Shown: positions 22,006 through 35,911, counted from the stretch's first letter. The stretch: 64,000 nucleotides of DNA from Malacoraja senta (GCA_038087875.1 CM075977.1:16988001-17052000); one strand, 5' to 3'. The notes: generated by a model from the sequence alone, not told the origin. Numbers and translations: made by a program.

Positions 22006-22689
22006 AAGTAGCTGACCTTTGTACAATAGCGACATTTTAAATATTATTGGACAGGTACATTGACAGGAAAGGTTTCGAGGTATGTGGGAAAATGAGACTA
22101 GCTTGGGTGAAGCATCTCATTTGGCAAGGACAAGTTGGGCCGAAGAGCCTGTTTTTGCTCTGAATGCCTATGACCTCTGATCATTGCTGCCAGTATTGTC
22201 ACTGCTGCTCACTCATGCTCATTGATTGAATAGAGGACAATTATTATAGTGTTCTAGACATGCGCATAATTTTAAGTATTGTCAATTCCCTGTAATTTGT
22301 GCCTCAGATAGTAGTGAAGTTAAGTGTGCAGAAGTGCACATTCCTCTTCCAGTGCAAATTATCTCATTTTTCCTTGTAGTGATTTTCTAGCATTGAAGTA
22401 AAAGGATTTAATTTTGCATTTTTGGCATTCAGTGTGCATTCAGAGTTTTGTACGCACATTATCAAAGAAGAATTGTAGTGGACAATTAAGCAACTAAAGT
22501 GTAGAGGAGGCTTGATGAATATTTTAATCATCAGTGATAATACACCACAAAGAACAAGTTGAAAAGGTCACAATCATTTGACCTAGAAATGCCAAATGCA
22601 TGGTCCTTTTTAGCCTCTTTTAGTTGAGAGTTTGAACATTTCTGGCCTTTTCACGTGGATGTGAATGGTCCTTGGAGCATTTATGATGA

Positions 22690-23425
22690 AATGCATGGGA
22701 ATTATCTCTGGCATTCTGGCTAACATTTCCCCCCATAATCAATACCTTCAAAGATAACATATTATATTACCAAGATCATATTCCTGGATATTGGAGGTTG
22801 TTGTTTTCAAATTAGATGCCTTAATTCCAACAAAATATTTCACTGGCTGAAATGTACTTTGGGACATTACTGAAAGACAATAGACAATAGATGCAGGAAT
22901 AGGCCATTTGGCCCTTCGAGCCAGCACCGCCATTCACTGTGATCATGGCTGATTATCCACATTCAGTACCCCGTTCCTGCCTTCTCACCATATCCCCTGA
23001 CTCCGCTATCTTTAAGAGCTCTATCTAACGCTCTCTTGAAAGCATTCAGAGAATTGGCCTCCACTGCCTTCTGAGGCAGAGAATTCCACAGATTCACAAC
23101 TCTCTGGGAGAAAAGGTTTTTCCTCATCTCCATTCTAAATGGCCTACCCCTTATTCTTAAACTGTGGCCCCTGGTTCTGGACTCCCCCAACACCGGGAAC
23201 ATGTTTCCTGACTCTAGCGTGTCCAATCCCTTAATAATCTTATATGTTTCAATAAGAACCCCTCTCATCCTTCTAAATTCCAGAGTATACAAGCTCAGCC
23301 ACTCCATTCTATCAACATATGACAATCCCACCATCCCGGGAATTAACCTCGTGAACCTACGCTGTACTCCCTCAATAGCAAGAAAGAGACGGGAAAGACA
23401 TTATGTAAATGTATGTACTATGTAA
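22690..23425 (+). repeat. Degenerate Deu-domain SINE (SacSINE1-like), split by the CR1 at 22876-23383
   Basis: ctggctaacatttccccc...ttcactggctgaaatgtactttgggacatt...gaaagac | gaaagacattatgtaaatgta resembles the Deu core and 3' tail. Confidence 0.5.
22876..23383 (-). mobile_element. CR1 3' fragment with (TTGTCTA)n tail
   Basis: 123-aa ORF2 C-terminus ...RTRGHSLRIRG...GYGEKAGTGY*; gaaagaca at both flanks. Confidence 0.92.
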
Positions 23426-23827
23426 ATATAAGTATTTTCTTTTTTCACCCGAGCTACCAATTATTGCAGAATCAACATGATATCAAGTCGTGGGCGAATG
23501 TCCTGGATAGCAAAGGTTTTGTGGCTAAAAAAATTGTTGCTGTGATGCCAAATATTTGTGCATCAGAAGCAGCCGCACACATTGTGCCTGTGTCAGTTTC
23601 AACATTCGCAGAGTACTTAGCCATTTGAAATAGTTCCTAGGCATGCCTTATCCATGAAATGCAGAACAGTTATGCCACATAGGTGCTAGCCAATAACTAT
23701 CCTCAGCAAGAGAACTTCTAGTCATCACCTCATTAATGAATCACATTGCGGTGACCTTCTGGTAGACAGCAGTGACTAGATAGTGGATAAGATCAGCAAC
23801 ATATACTGTATGCTGTGGCTACAAGAT

Positions 23828-24160
23828 TTCTCCAACTTCAAGTAACCCTTGCATCCCCTCTCTCTCCATCCCTCCCCCACCCAATTCATGGTACTAAAAG
23901 TCATCTTGTTGAGTCACATTGTCTGTAACCCGTTTTCAACTAGCCCACAGCTGACAATGGCCTGTTTCCTTTATCATCGTTACTTATTTGCATATCTTTC
24001 ATTTGTTTGTTCTATATCTCTATATCACCATCTATATCTCTCGTTTCCCTTTCCCCTGACTGAAGAAGAGTCTTGAACCAACACTGCACCTCTTCCTTTT
24101 CTCCAGAGATGCTGAGTTACTCCAGCTTTTTGTGTCTATCTTCGCTTTAAATAAGCACCG
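23828..24160 (+). mobile_element. Penelope-like 3' UTR/pLTR fragment
   Basis: ctccaacttcaagtaa ORF end, pyrimidine-rich UTR, ctgaagaagagtc... and tctccagagatgctgagttactccagc. Confidence 0.7.
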
Positions 24161-24399
24161 GTATATTGCAGCATATAACTAATTTCTCGAAGCCTTACCA
24201 TTATAAGACACGTGTCAGCAGTGTGGTGGAATTTTAATCCCTTGGCTGGAAGTGCAATTCCATAATATCTGACAAATCCAGGAGAAAGCAACCCATTTGA
24301 TATTCATCCCTTTCGTCTCTTCAACATCACTTCCTCACTAATGGCTAATCAGCATCTCTCCCAGCTGTCCCCAACAACCTCATTCAAATCCATAACCCC

Positions 24400-24645
24400 C
24401 CAACACCAGGAAGGTTGAGAATAGTAGACTTATGGAACATCACCAACTCAAAATCCCCCAAGTCACATATATTCTGCTTCAGTACATTACCATTTCTTCA
24501 TCTGCATTTGATCCAAAACTTGGAACTCCACACCTAAATATATCTCTGGTATATCTTCTGTATGAAGACAGCAGCAGTTCAAGAAGGAATTAGGGAGGGC
24601 CAATAAACCCAGACGTTCCCAGCAATGCCACATCTTATGAAAGAA
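24400..24645 (+). mobile_element. Old CR1-clade LINE 3' end
   Basis: ttggaactcc...gcagcagttcaagaagg...aattagggagggccaataaa...cagcaatgccacatc resembles a 3' UTR common in shark and ray genomes. Confidence 0.5.
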
Positions 24646-27600
24646 ATGTGTACAAATATCTTTATTATATATGAAATAGAAAATTTATGTTTATTTTCTA
24701 TTTTTTCCTTAAGGTGTAATAGCAACTATACCAGTCAGAATCATTTTGATATTGTATGGTAGCATAACAGTTTTCGTGCACAAATATTTCATTTGCTTTG
24801 TGTTCTATAATTCATTCCATCCTACACATTAGCAGGAATGTCTAATTTTATTAATTAGTCCTTTTTATCCTATTTTATAAAATACTTCAATGTTCCCAAC
24901 TTTAGGGTGCGAGCAGAGATTAACAAAATGTTACGTAATTTGGAAATTACAGTGGCTTGAAGGGTAATTGGGTTTATTTCTTTCAAAAAAATAATATAAT
25001 CTATTAGCATAAAAAAAGCATGCTGCTGAAATCACGGAGCTTACTGGATGCCATGACAATACTTACAATTCTGGTTTGCAAAACTCGATTCACATCTTGC
25101 AATTTTCCTCACTTACATTCGACAAAGATTTATCTTTTCGGAAATTTACCTGTAATTAATTTCTCTCACTGGACATTAACTGAGTTCAAATAGTGACCAT
25201 AGCAAGGGAAAGTGTACATTAACTGAGGGAGCAGTGGGTTTCTTCATTCAAATTGCCTTGTTACATTCTTTCACTGTCAGAAGAACCCAGCACTGGGTTG
25301 TTTTATTTTTGCCATTCAGTCTAAAGAGGATGTATGACACAAGGGGTTCCAAAAGAAGGGGAGAAAGAGCTATAGAAAGCGTGTTGAGAGGAACATGCAA
25401 AAACATGAGGTGCATTTCTCTGATAAAATACTAATTAACATTATCTTTAGAAATGTAACTGCTAATGTGTATAAGGTTATGTTTCCAACACATTGATTGT
25501 CTTCAAGCAAATAGAGTAACAATAGCCACTGGGGTAAACATTAAAATATGAATAATTGGAGATAGTGTTTTGCTGGAAACTAAATAATGCACCACTAAGG
25601 CATCATAAATGGATTCTCCATAATGAGGGAACAAATCATTTTTGTTAGGTTGGCATTCTTGGTTTTAGGTTGGATATATGTCTATCTGATGTTGCCCCAT
25701 ATCTTAAAACGAAAATGATTCTGTGACATATGTAGCCCCTGTACAGTACTGTACAGGTTATAAGCTTTCAAATTAATGCACTTTAATTTCACAGTGCTTG
25801 GCATTAGGTAATTCATATTTGCAGCGGCTGCCAAATATTTTCTCCTCCATCACAACATCCTTAAGCCTCACAGCTGTAAACACAAAGCTACAATTTGCAA
25901 TAGAAATAAGATTATTTTACTGTTCAAAAAAGTCGCTAGATATATGTTCATAATGTGCTTTTCACAACTTCTAAATGCTGTTATCTAATTTACTTTATCA
26001 ATTACTGCATTCTCATGGTTCCTGATGTCATCAGAAACCTTCTGCTTTAATTGCAGCTTTGACTGTAGCCATGTAATTCTGTGATCTTCCGTTGTTTGCA
26101 TATCGAAGGCTTTATTTCTGCTTTAACTTAGAAAATGCATGTTGAAAGTGCTATGACTTAAACAGCCTGCTGCTCTGGAGCTTAAGTGCCTGGTAGGTTG
26201 CATCACTCACATTTTGTGATATTCTGATGTGTACCTGAATAACCGAGAAACTGGATCACAAAATCAATTCAGTCAGGTGTATCTGGATATCTCAGCTTTG
26301 AAAGGCCTAAATTAGGAATATTCCATGGGGGCAGAAGGTGAAGAGGAGGAGATGGGAATGAAGCAATCATATTGCACTGATGGTGGATTGACCTACTGTG
26401 GTTGATGTTAAAGCTGCATTATCTTGCAGTGTGTCAAATGTTCTAACAATGTGTTCTGCTGATACAACTCTCATTATGCACCCCTCCCCAAAAAATACAA
26501 CTGACAAGATAAAAACTGAAAGGACAAACTCATCATGAAATCATACTTAATCTTTCAAGGTCAAAGACATCATTTTCCTATCCAGTTAAGAACGATAAGG
26601 TTCGCTGGCAGCAATGCTAAGTACAATCTTGATTATGTTTTCACTGATATTACAAATGACTAAGAACATTTGGAATGCAGGGATTAATCAGTGCAATGTA
26701 CCATGGATTCCTCTGGTACGTGTGGGATTCGATTTGATAAAAATAATTCCATTGTGCTGTCAAATTCTGAACAAGATGCAGATTTCAAAGTAATTACAGT
26801 CTGTAAAATGTTTATAATGTATGTATTTATTGGTTGATAGAAAGCTGCAGTGAGATATTCCAACATAGGCCATCCCATGATTCTTTAATGTTCCTGCATT
26901 ATCAAACATAATAAACATATTTAAGACTATTATATAAGACTGCAGTTGTTTAAATCTTTTTATTTGTATCATGATGTTCTTTAATTTTGAAAGCTGTAAG
27001 AATTTTAGAGCAAGTTTTGTTTAAGAGCAAGTTATCAGCAAAAAGTATATCTGTCCTTTCACAATTATATATATATATATTTATATATATATAAAACTTA
27101 AACTGCTTGAGTTTTCCTTTTAAAAAGTGTTTCCTCTGCTGCATTGCACAACTCCGATCAAAGGTGACCCTCTGTCCTTTCACTCTATACCCTTATGCAT
27201 AAATCATCTACATTTGATCTATAGATTTGCTTTGCAAATGTCTTTTTTCTGGGTCCTGAAAAGAGAATAGCACTTCTTTAGGTGCATTAATGAAACGTAT
27301 GTAAAGGCCTAGAGTGTTTTGTTTGTGGGCTTACTGCTGCAACGTTCATGTGCAATGGGAGAGGCCGAGGAATGTTGGAGGAGGGTGGGTCAATATCAGT
27401 AAGAGGGGAGAATCAGGAACAGGCAAGTAATGCAGTGTCATTACAGTTGGTTGACAAGGACCAGTAAGGACATTGTAATAAGGACTAATAGGGGGCCATG
27501 CCCAGAGGTTTGTTTTGAGAGCATGGTCAGGGCGAAGGTTGTATCTTGTGCTCATATGGAATTGTGGCCGGTATTGGCTGCTTATGATTGATGGGTGGTA

Positions 27601-27789
27601 AGAATGTGTCTATCCAAAGCTTCATGAGGGATGATTGCAATAAGGCCATGTCGAGGTCAGTCGACTAGAATTGCCAAGTCGACCATCAGCTGCTGGGAAT
27701 CAGTGTGTGGAGAGACTACATCAGTGAGGTAAGTGTGGTTAGGTCGATCAGTGATTGGCCAGGTAGGGTTGTTAAGAGGCAGTTGGAGC

Positions 27790-28470
27790 GAATCTAAACA
27801 AGAACCGCCAAGATCACTAAATACTTGAGAAGCACCCTTTCTGAGGTAGGTTCTTTGTGGTCTTGGGCAGAGCTGTTCCCATACCAAGCTGTATTGCAAC
27901 ACGACAGTATGCTTTCTATGGTGCACCTGTAGAAGATTGTAAGAGCGATTGGAGACATGCCAAATTTCCTTAGAATTTCATGAGGAAGTAGAGGCATGTG
28001 TGCTTTTTTGGCTGTCTTTTCAATGTTTTGCTCCACAACAGATTGTTGGTAATATTTACATCCAGGAACTTGAAGTTCTCAACCATTTCCACTTCAGCAC
28101 CATTGAACCTTGAAGCTGATTGGGGCATGTACTCCACGGCTTCCAGAAGTTGATAACTTGCTCTGTCTTGCTGACATTGTGGTCCTGTTAATAACTTCTC
28201 CATCTCCTTCCCATACTCTGACCTTGTAGATGGTGTACAGCTGAATTTGGCTGCGTTCTCATGGGTGCATAGGAAGTATAGTAGAGGACTGAAAATGTAT
28301 CCTTGCAAGGTACCAGAGTTGAGAATTATTGTGGAGGATGTGTTGTCACCTTTCCTCACTGTGGTCTATGGGTCACAAAGTTCAGGATCCCGTGGCAGAG
28401 GAAGGTGCTTATTCCTAGCTCCAGGTATTTGGAGATGAGTTTGGATGGGATTATGGTGTTGAAGGCAGAT
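27790..28470 (-). mobile_element. Degenerate Rex-Babar LINE RT fragment
   Basis: SSTIILNSGTLQGYIFSPLLY, VEMVENFKFL, LRKFGMSP..LTIFYRCTIESILS..TAWYGN. Confidence 0.8.
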
Positions 28471-28669
28471 GTAAATGGCAACCATTGTACTGTATTATGC
28501 ATTTGCAAAATTTATGAATTTGAAACTTTAGTGCTGTGCTGACATTCAGATTGGTGCTTAAACTACAATCCCATCTAGTCTTTTACACTCATTTGAAGAA
28601 TCCAACGATGCTATTCAAGGAGCATTCAGGAACTATCCAGGGGACCTGGTCAAATTTCATACATCTCTT

Positions 28670-29225
28670 AAAAAGCTTTTTATCGGGATGCATCACAGCA
28701 TGGTTTGGGAACAGCTCCATCCAAGACTGCAAGAAATTGCAGAGAATTGTGGACGCAGCACAGACTATCACACAAACTAACCAACCTCACTTCCATTGAC
28801 TCCATCTACACTTCACACTGCCTCGGCAAGGCCACCAGCATAATCAAGGACAAGTCTTCCTCCAGACATTCCCTCTTCTCCCATCTCCCATCAGGCAAGA
28901 AGTACAGAAGTATGAAAACGCACGCCTCCAGATTCAGGGACAGTTTCTTCACAGCTGTATTCAGGCAACTGAAACATCCTATCAACTACTAGAGAGCAAA
29001 CCTGACCTACCATTTACCTCATTGGAGACCCTTGTACTATCTTTAATCGTCTTTACTGGACTTTATCTTGCATTAAACATTATTCCCTTTATCCTGAATC
29101 TGCACAGTGTGGATGGGTTGATTCTAATCATGTATGGTCTTCCCATTGGCTGGATAGCAGGCAATAAAAAAGCCTTACACTGGACTTCAGTATACATGAC
29201 AATAAACTAAACTAATCTAAACTAG
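28670..29225 (+). mobile_element. Rex-Babar LINE 3' end with (CTAAA)n tail
   Basis: LSGCITAWFGNSSIQDCKKLQRIV; HSLFSHLPSGKKYRS; acatgacaataaactaaactaa. Confidence 0.85.
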
Positions 29226-30494
29226 ATTACTTTTTTTCTCATTTTAGAATCTTGATGTGCATAAAGTGTTTATGTGCATTACTGCAATGTCTGAACAACA
29301 CTTTAGCCTTTTTGGCTATGAATGATAATGGGCCAGGCTTATACATGAAAAGTGCAATAAATTCAATTTTGAGCTTTCTTCTGAAAGCTGGTGGATCTTC
29401 TGGCCTTGGATGGAGATACTATTCCTGAGCAGTGTTTATGATCATCATCAAGCTATTTTCACTTTTGAAAAATAGCAGAGAGAGCTGTTCTAGCTCATTT
29501 TGTAAATATGCAAAATAATAACTCATATTAAGAAATTGGCTCACAGTGATGATACACATATTCAGTAATAAAGAACATTTTCTGCCTTCACCTTCATAAG
29601 TCCAAAGCCAGTTATTAATGGTGCAAAGGTGGAATGCTGCCAAGAGTATTCCAAGCTAACAGTAAATGTATTATCCATAAAAGGAGCTGACTGCAATAAT
29701 TTACATCCTGTCATTTATAGTTTAATCTTTTACCTACATGCTTTAAATTTTCAGTATTCAGTGGGTAGAAACATATCTGTGCCCTCCTCACTTTCACCAT
29801 TGCCAGCATTTTAAAGAATTATCGTCCATTCTGGAATTGTCATTTTCCCTCTTGAACTTTTATGCATAATCAAATGCTTAATATTAATCCATATGTGATA
29901 ATCCAAGTGGCAAATGTGTACTTTAGATAAAGTATGGTTTTAAAGCTTCAAAGCAGTCTGGTGAGGAAACTGTATTGGTTTGAATGATATTTTGTATTGT
30001 TTCCGTATGCAACACAAAGCTGAGAAGTTTGCTTAAAAAACTGAGTGGTCGAGGAATAATTTCCCAGCTATGAAGTGCAGCACAAGCTCCTAAATTACCA
30101 ACATGAATCCTAACTAGTGTACATGGCATTCTCATCACATTTTACTTCAGTTATCAGAATCTATCAAGCATTAGTGCTGTTTTACCTGATTACCATTGTT
30201 TCCAACATGACTTCGCACCTTCGTTTTGCACTGTAATTAATGAAACAGTTTGAAAAAAAATTAAGCTTTTTTAATTTTTACCTTTTTTTGGTTTTCTGCA
30301 AATGGCTGATATAGAGGTACATGATTAATCACTTTTTCCAAATTATAATTGGTTTCATATTTTTTGTTGGTGATCTTTAATAAGTAACTTTACATATCAA
30401 TAGGTGATATATTATTGGCTGTTTTTGATATAAAATACGTTTCCTGAAACATTTCTAGAGCACCCTTAGGGTACAATGGCACCCAAATACAGAA

Positions 30495-32400
30495 TCAGAT
30501 TACTTTATTGTCATGTGCAATAAAATTCTTTGTTTGCATGAAGCTCGTGGAATAAACAATAACAATGGTTTTGATAGATACAACAGTAATTATAACAACC
30601 AATTCAAAGCAACTTAATGGGGCACAGATAGTCGTGGACTCTGGGGTAGTGCAATAAATGAATAACCGAATAAGGCAGAGTTCAGAGCAAGGGTACCCAG
30701 CGGCACCTTCAGGAGTATTATGGGGTTGACGGCTGATTTTCGTCAATGAACAGCATTCTGACTTAGCTGTTCTTATTGTTAAGGTGATCCATAGCTGAAT
30801 GCAGCGCAAGACTTCATCCCGAGGCCTATTTTTCCTGTACGCAAATTGCAACGGGTCTAGTTTATCTGGGAGACTAGCGCAGATGTGGGCCATTTCCAAT
30901 CTTTCAAAACACTTCATTATGATTAATGTTAGAGCTTCTAGCCAGCAGATATTGAGAATGGTTACTTTACATTTCTTGTGGTCTGAAATTGTAGATGTTT
31001 CCTTCGAAGCAGATGGGGACACAAGACTCTTGACGTGAGAGATTGAAGATGTCAGTGAAGGAAATGGCCAGTTGAATGGCACACGATTCCAGAGACTCTC
31101 CATGCGGGACAGCTGGTTTCTGAGAGTTCACCAAGGTGAAAGCGAGATATATGGGAAGGGCAAGTGGGGGATGGGGGACACATACATTGATGGAACCTTG
31201 TTTAACTGTTCCAAACAGGCAAACAAGGCATTGGGCTCATCCCATAGAGATGCATTGTTACCAGAGAGTGCCCCTGATATTTGCTTGTAACCTTTCACGG
31301 TATTCAGACCCTGCCACAATCACCTGACAACTGGTTAATTGAATTGGACCTCCACTTTGCCTTGGAATTCTCTCTTGGCATCCCTGATGGCCTTACAGAT
31401 AACATACTTGCCCCTCTCGTATAATATGTGGTTGAAGAGGTTCACATGTTGTATAAACATATTTAATATTTAACCATTCAGTTAATATAAGTACAAAGGC
31501 ATTGGTTGTCAAGTGAAGTCTAGCTCGATCGTCTGTTGCACCCCGTCACCTGACCACCCAGATTGGCGTTGATTAGTCAGCCCAGATCACGGCAGTTCAC
31601 CCGAGAGCTCAAGCTCGACAAATGAAGGTTTGAGACCAAAGTGGCTCAGCCACAAGATGGAGCCACCTGACCCCCAACCCCCCCTCCCCCTCCAGAACCG
31701 GAGTATTGGAGGTGGTTAGGTTGTTGAGTGAGGTGGCCTGATCTTGTGTACGTGTCTCCTGTGTTTGGAGTTGCAGCTGGTTGAGTCGAGGGCGGGTTTG
31801 GTCGTGATGGTGGATGCCCTCTGTGGCGGGGTTGTGCCATCTGCACTGGTTGGTCAATGTCCAAGTGTGCCGGCTTAAGATGGTCCACGGAGGCAGTCTC
31901 TTGTCTGCCACCCATGTCGATGATGAAAGCCGTGGCGTTGTTTTGCAGTACTCTGAAGTGTGTGGAATTGGGCATCGGCCTGTTCAAAACACACCTGGGG
32001 CTGTGATGTCCAGAAGGTGAGCAGTTTTGAGTGCAACTGCGTTCTGCTGATCTGGGTTGTCTCCTTCAGGCATGATGAAATACAAAAGAGGTCGTTTTGG
32101 ATTGTCGGGGACACCACTGAAGAGGTTCACTTGTTGTATAAACACTCATTTAATATTTAAAAACTCAGTTTAATATTGGTACAAAAGCGTTGGCTGCCAA
32201 GTGAAGTCTACCTCCATCATCTGCTGCACCCCATCACCTGATCACCCAGATCGGCGTTGATTGTTCGGCCCAGATCAAGCCAGTTCACGCGAGAGCTCGA
32301 GCTCGCCGAACGAAGGTTTGAGACCAAAGTGGCTCGGCCACAAGGTGGCGCCACATGCTTATCCTTCTTGAAAGCCTCAGATCTGGATTTTAACAGAGAG
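30495..32400 (-). mobile_element. Degenerate Rex-Babar LINE, interrupted by the miniature LTR element
   Basis: ALTLIIMKCFERL...LPDKLDPLQFAYRKNR; MWQGLNTVKGYK; tail tttattgtcatgtg at ~30505. Confidence 0.72.
31433..32355 (-). mobile_element. Miniature, internally deleted Gypsy LTR retrotransposon (TRIM-like, ~920 bp)
   Basis: Direct repeats 31433-31667 and 32118-32355 (TG...CA on minus); PBS TGGTGTCCCCGAC (tRNA-Trp-like) at 32104-32116; purine tract at ~31671-31692; integrase C-terminal remnant FRVL...DMGGRQETASVDHLKPAHLD; 4-bp flanks tggt/tgct. Confidence 0.88.
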
Positions 32401-34910
32401 AGAAGTCTGAAAAAGATCCCTGCTCCAAAATGTTCGTCCATTATCCTCTACAGATGTTGTCTGGCCTGCTGAGTTCCTCCTGCATTTTGTTTTTTCTTCC
32501 AGTAAAGCAGGATTTGTTTTGTGACGGTGGCAGCCAACAATGTAGATAAGTAACTGACGATGCAGGTTTCCAAGCGGAGTACTGAAGGAAAAAGCTGCAG
32601 GACAACATGGTTTGACTTCCTACCTGATGCTTTGAAAAGAACCCTTGTGGCCCTGACGCAGAACCCTCTTCAGGTTACCGGGCTGACTAATGACAAAAAG
32701 TGCCTGGACAAATTTCCTGAGTGAAGTGACCATGGTCATTTCTGCATTTTACTCCTGTAAAATATGATTTTCGATTGCATAATAATGGGGAAACAACATT
32801 ATTCATGTGAATATTTGAATTTACAACCACGCATCTTTTTACTTTTTTTACAAAATGGTTGCAGAAAGTATTAAATAAGCATGTAATAAAATATAGCAGC
32901 CTACAATGCCAATTATGGTCCATTGGGTTACACATGTGATCTTACATGTAAAGATTTAGATACTTCAACATTTACTTAGTCCCTTCAGAACAATTAGTAC
33001 ATTGGTATTTGGTATATATTGGTTAAAATGGATCTTACTGTTTCTAACACGGTAATAAATGACAAGATTATCAATGAATTTGCAATTTCATTGCTTTATA
33101 TATGGTGCAAATTTTTGGGCTAATCACAATCCTTTTCTGGTAAAAGCTTAATAAAAGGGGAATATAATAGGGAACAGGGATAAAGCTTTCTTGCAGCTCT
33201 GTCAATGACCTTTGCTCTACTTTCATCTTATTATGAGAACAAGCAGTAACATACTTGTGTTCTGATATCATTTTGCATTTTTGGTGTTTCATTATTGTTT
33301 TTGACGATTGTGATTCTGGATTTAAAAGTGATTATAATATGCTAAAATCATGTTTTATGTGTTACGTTTGGTTTACTTCTCATTGAAAAGCATTCGCATT
33401 TTAGGCAATCATTCCAAAAACATTTCTGGAGTAACAGTGGCAGATATTAAATACTTCAGAAGGAAAATAGATGAGAGGCCTGTCATTGTATTGTCTGATC
33501 AATGATGGTACTTCTGCAATAATCAGCCTCTATTGTCTTACTTGCTTGGGAAAAAAATTGCTTTGGAACAAGTCCAATTGTCTTCTTGAAAAGGACTGAT
33601 TGTTAATCGAGTATGGTATAGAAATTGGCTCTTAATACTTTCATTGTGCATCCAGCATAGTAAAGCAGCTGATTGTTCCCATGTTGTTCAGCAGAGGCGC
33701 GTGAAAGGTGTAGGGATGACACAATTAGGCCAAGTGAAGAGAATGTCCAAGCCGTTATTCTAGGGATGAAAATTTGGGATGGAGCTGTGATTTTATCATA
33801 AACATATTTTCAAGTATTTGCAATGGACCATTTTCATAGAAAGCTTTTAACATGTAAAATGAAAGGCTCTATAATTAAATGAATGTACATTTTTAAATTC
33901 ACAGAAATCAACATGAATATCAGGATGCTGATGCACTTTCTTGACTGTCTGCAATTAGCATTTGTATTTACAAGAGAGAAATTCTGGCTTGAAATGTAAA
34001 ACTTCCTGATATCTTTAACTTGCAACCACCACAATAATTACAAAGAAATTGAGAACAATTGCATGAACATATACAGGTTTCTTTCATTTGATTGGAAATG
34101 AATGCTTGCATCAGTTGAAAGGGGGAAATCCCTATCTGATCAAGTGCAAAAGTTATTTTATCATTCCAACCTTGAAACATGACCCTTGGCAAAGTGCTAC
34201 CTAATGGAAGATAGTTGAGAGGCATGTATTCCACAAATGCATTAGACTTAAATGTGGAAAGAATATCTTTCCATCAGAAAATATGTGCTGTGAGCATATA
34301 AGAGAAACAACTGAATTGCTAACATGGCTGATTTTTGACCGAGCCACCAGAGGTCATGTGGTAGGCTGTGCCTGCATGATAATATATTACAATTCAAAAT
34401 GAAGTCTTGTCATTCCTCTAAAAGGTTGCTGCAGAAACTCAGCCAGTGATTTAGTTCTGCTCAGAGAGAACTTTTAACAACGGCTTGTTTTCAAAAGGAA
34501 AAGGCCAAGCAACCGAAGAACGGAATTTATCCAAATGTGCAGTGTTCCTAATAAGATTTAGACATGTAAAGTGAGCTGCAGGCAGCTAAATTCCAAAGGT
34601 GACAGTTCTGAACTGATAGGCATACAGTGTTAAACGAAAGGAACAAGAAGTATGACATTACATCGAGAGGGCACAGAGTTGCTAGGGGATAAACAGAGTC
34701 ATGATTAAGAAGATCAATACCACTTGTTTCAAACATATTAGTATTACAGGTTATTCAGTCATATCTTATTTGAATACTGAAATGTCTTTCGATGATTTTC
34801 TCTCAGTGCCTGACATAAACTTAACACGGACTCAGTTACAGTTACTGAAAAAGTTGACTTGAATTGCCACTATGTTGAAAATGTATTTCTCAGAAAGATA
34901 ATGTCCATAA

Positions 34911-35151
34911 GGGCGGCATAGTGGTGCAGCGGTAGAGTTGCTGCCTTACAGCGAATGCAGCGCCGGAGACCCGGGTTTGATCCTGACCACGGGTGCTGTC
35001 TGTACGGAGTTTGTATGTTCTCCCCGTGACCTGCATGAGTTTTCTCCGAGATTTTCGGTTTCCTCCCACACTCCAAAGACGTACAGGTTTGTAGGTTAAT
35101 TGGCTTGGTAAATGTAACAATTGTTCCTAGTGGGTGTAGGATGGTATTAAT
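34911..35151 (+). mobile_element. HE1-like tRNA-derived V-SINE, 3'-truncated
   Basis: gggcggcatagtggtgcagcggta (A box), gggtttgatcc (B box), V-domain tttgtatgttctccccgtg...ggtttcctcccacactccaaagac. Confidence 0.9.
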
Positions 35152-35782
35152 CTCACCAACGCCTCTACTTCCTTAGAAGGCTTAGGAAGTTCAGTATGTC
35201 AGCAACAACTCTCAGCAATGTCTGAAGATAGGTCGTAGAAAGCATTATATTGGAATGCATCACAGCATGTTTGGGAAGAGCTCCATCTAAGACTGCCAAA
35301 AATTGCAGAGAATTGTAGACGCAGCCCAGACCATCCAACCTCCAAACCAATCTCCCTTCCTTTGACACCATTAATACCCACGATGCCTTAGCAATGCCAG
35401 CTGCATAATCAAGGATGAGTAGCGCCCTGGCCACTCCCTGTTCTCCCCTCTTCCATTGGGCAAAAGGTATAGAAGTGTGTAAATGCACACTTCCATATTC
35501 AGTGACAGTTTCTTCCAGCTGATATCAGGCAACCATCCTACCAGAATGAGAGAGCAGTCCTGAACTACCATCTACCTCATTGGAGACCTTCGGACTGACT
35601 ATCTTTTATCGGACTTTCTGGCTTTATCTTGCATTGAATAACATTCATGTTATTCCCTTCATCATTTGTCTGTGAATGGCTATATTGTAATCATGTATTG
35701 TGTTTCCGCTGAATGGTTAGCACGTAACGAAAGCTTTTCACTATACCTCGGTACATGTAACATTTAAACAAAACTAAACTAA
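35152..35782 (+). mobile_element. Rex-Babar LINE 3' end
   Basis: caacgcctctacttccttagaaggcttaggaagttc (QRLYFLRRLRKF); similar to 28670-29225; (CTAAA)n tail. Confidence 0.85.
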
Positions 35783-35911
35783 CCCAGATAGAGTCAATGA
35801 TAGCTGTGGGTCAAGGGCGTCTGAGTGGCTGGAGTTGATATGTGCCTTGACTAACTTCTCAAAGCACATCGTGTTGGTGAATGTCAAAGCCGCTGGACCG
35901 TAGTCATTAAG

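Larger units (their letters stand above)
17100..22180 (+). mobile_element. Old CR1 (HER1-like) 3' region, fragmented by nested insertions (pieces ~17100-17634, 20990-21115, 22006-22180)
   Basis: RT C-terminal-like DNA (aagtgtgaagtattgcatttcgg; ...cacagagtctt | ...ggggaatcaaaaactagaggacat...) is collinear across the insertions. Confidence 0.75.

Noticed and set aside
34911-34985. tRNA gene
   Set aside because: The A and B boxes belong to a SINE head, which continues into the V domain and has no complete cloverleaf.
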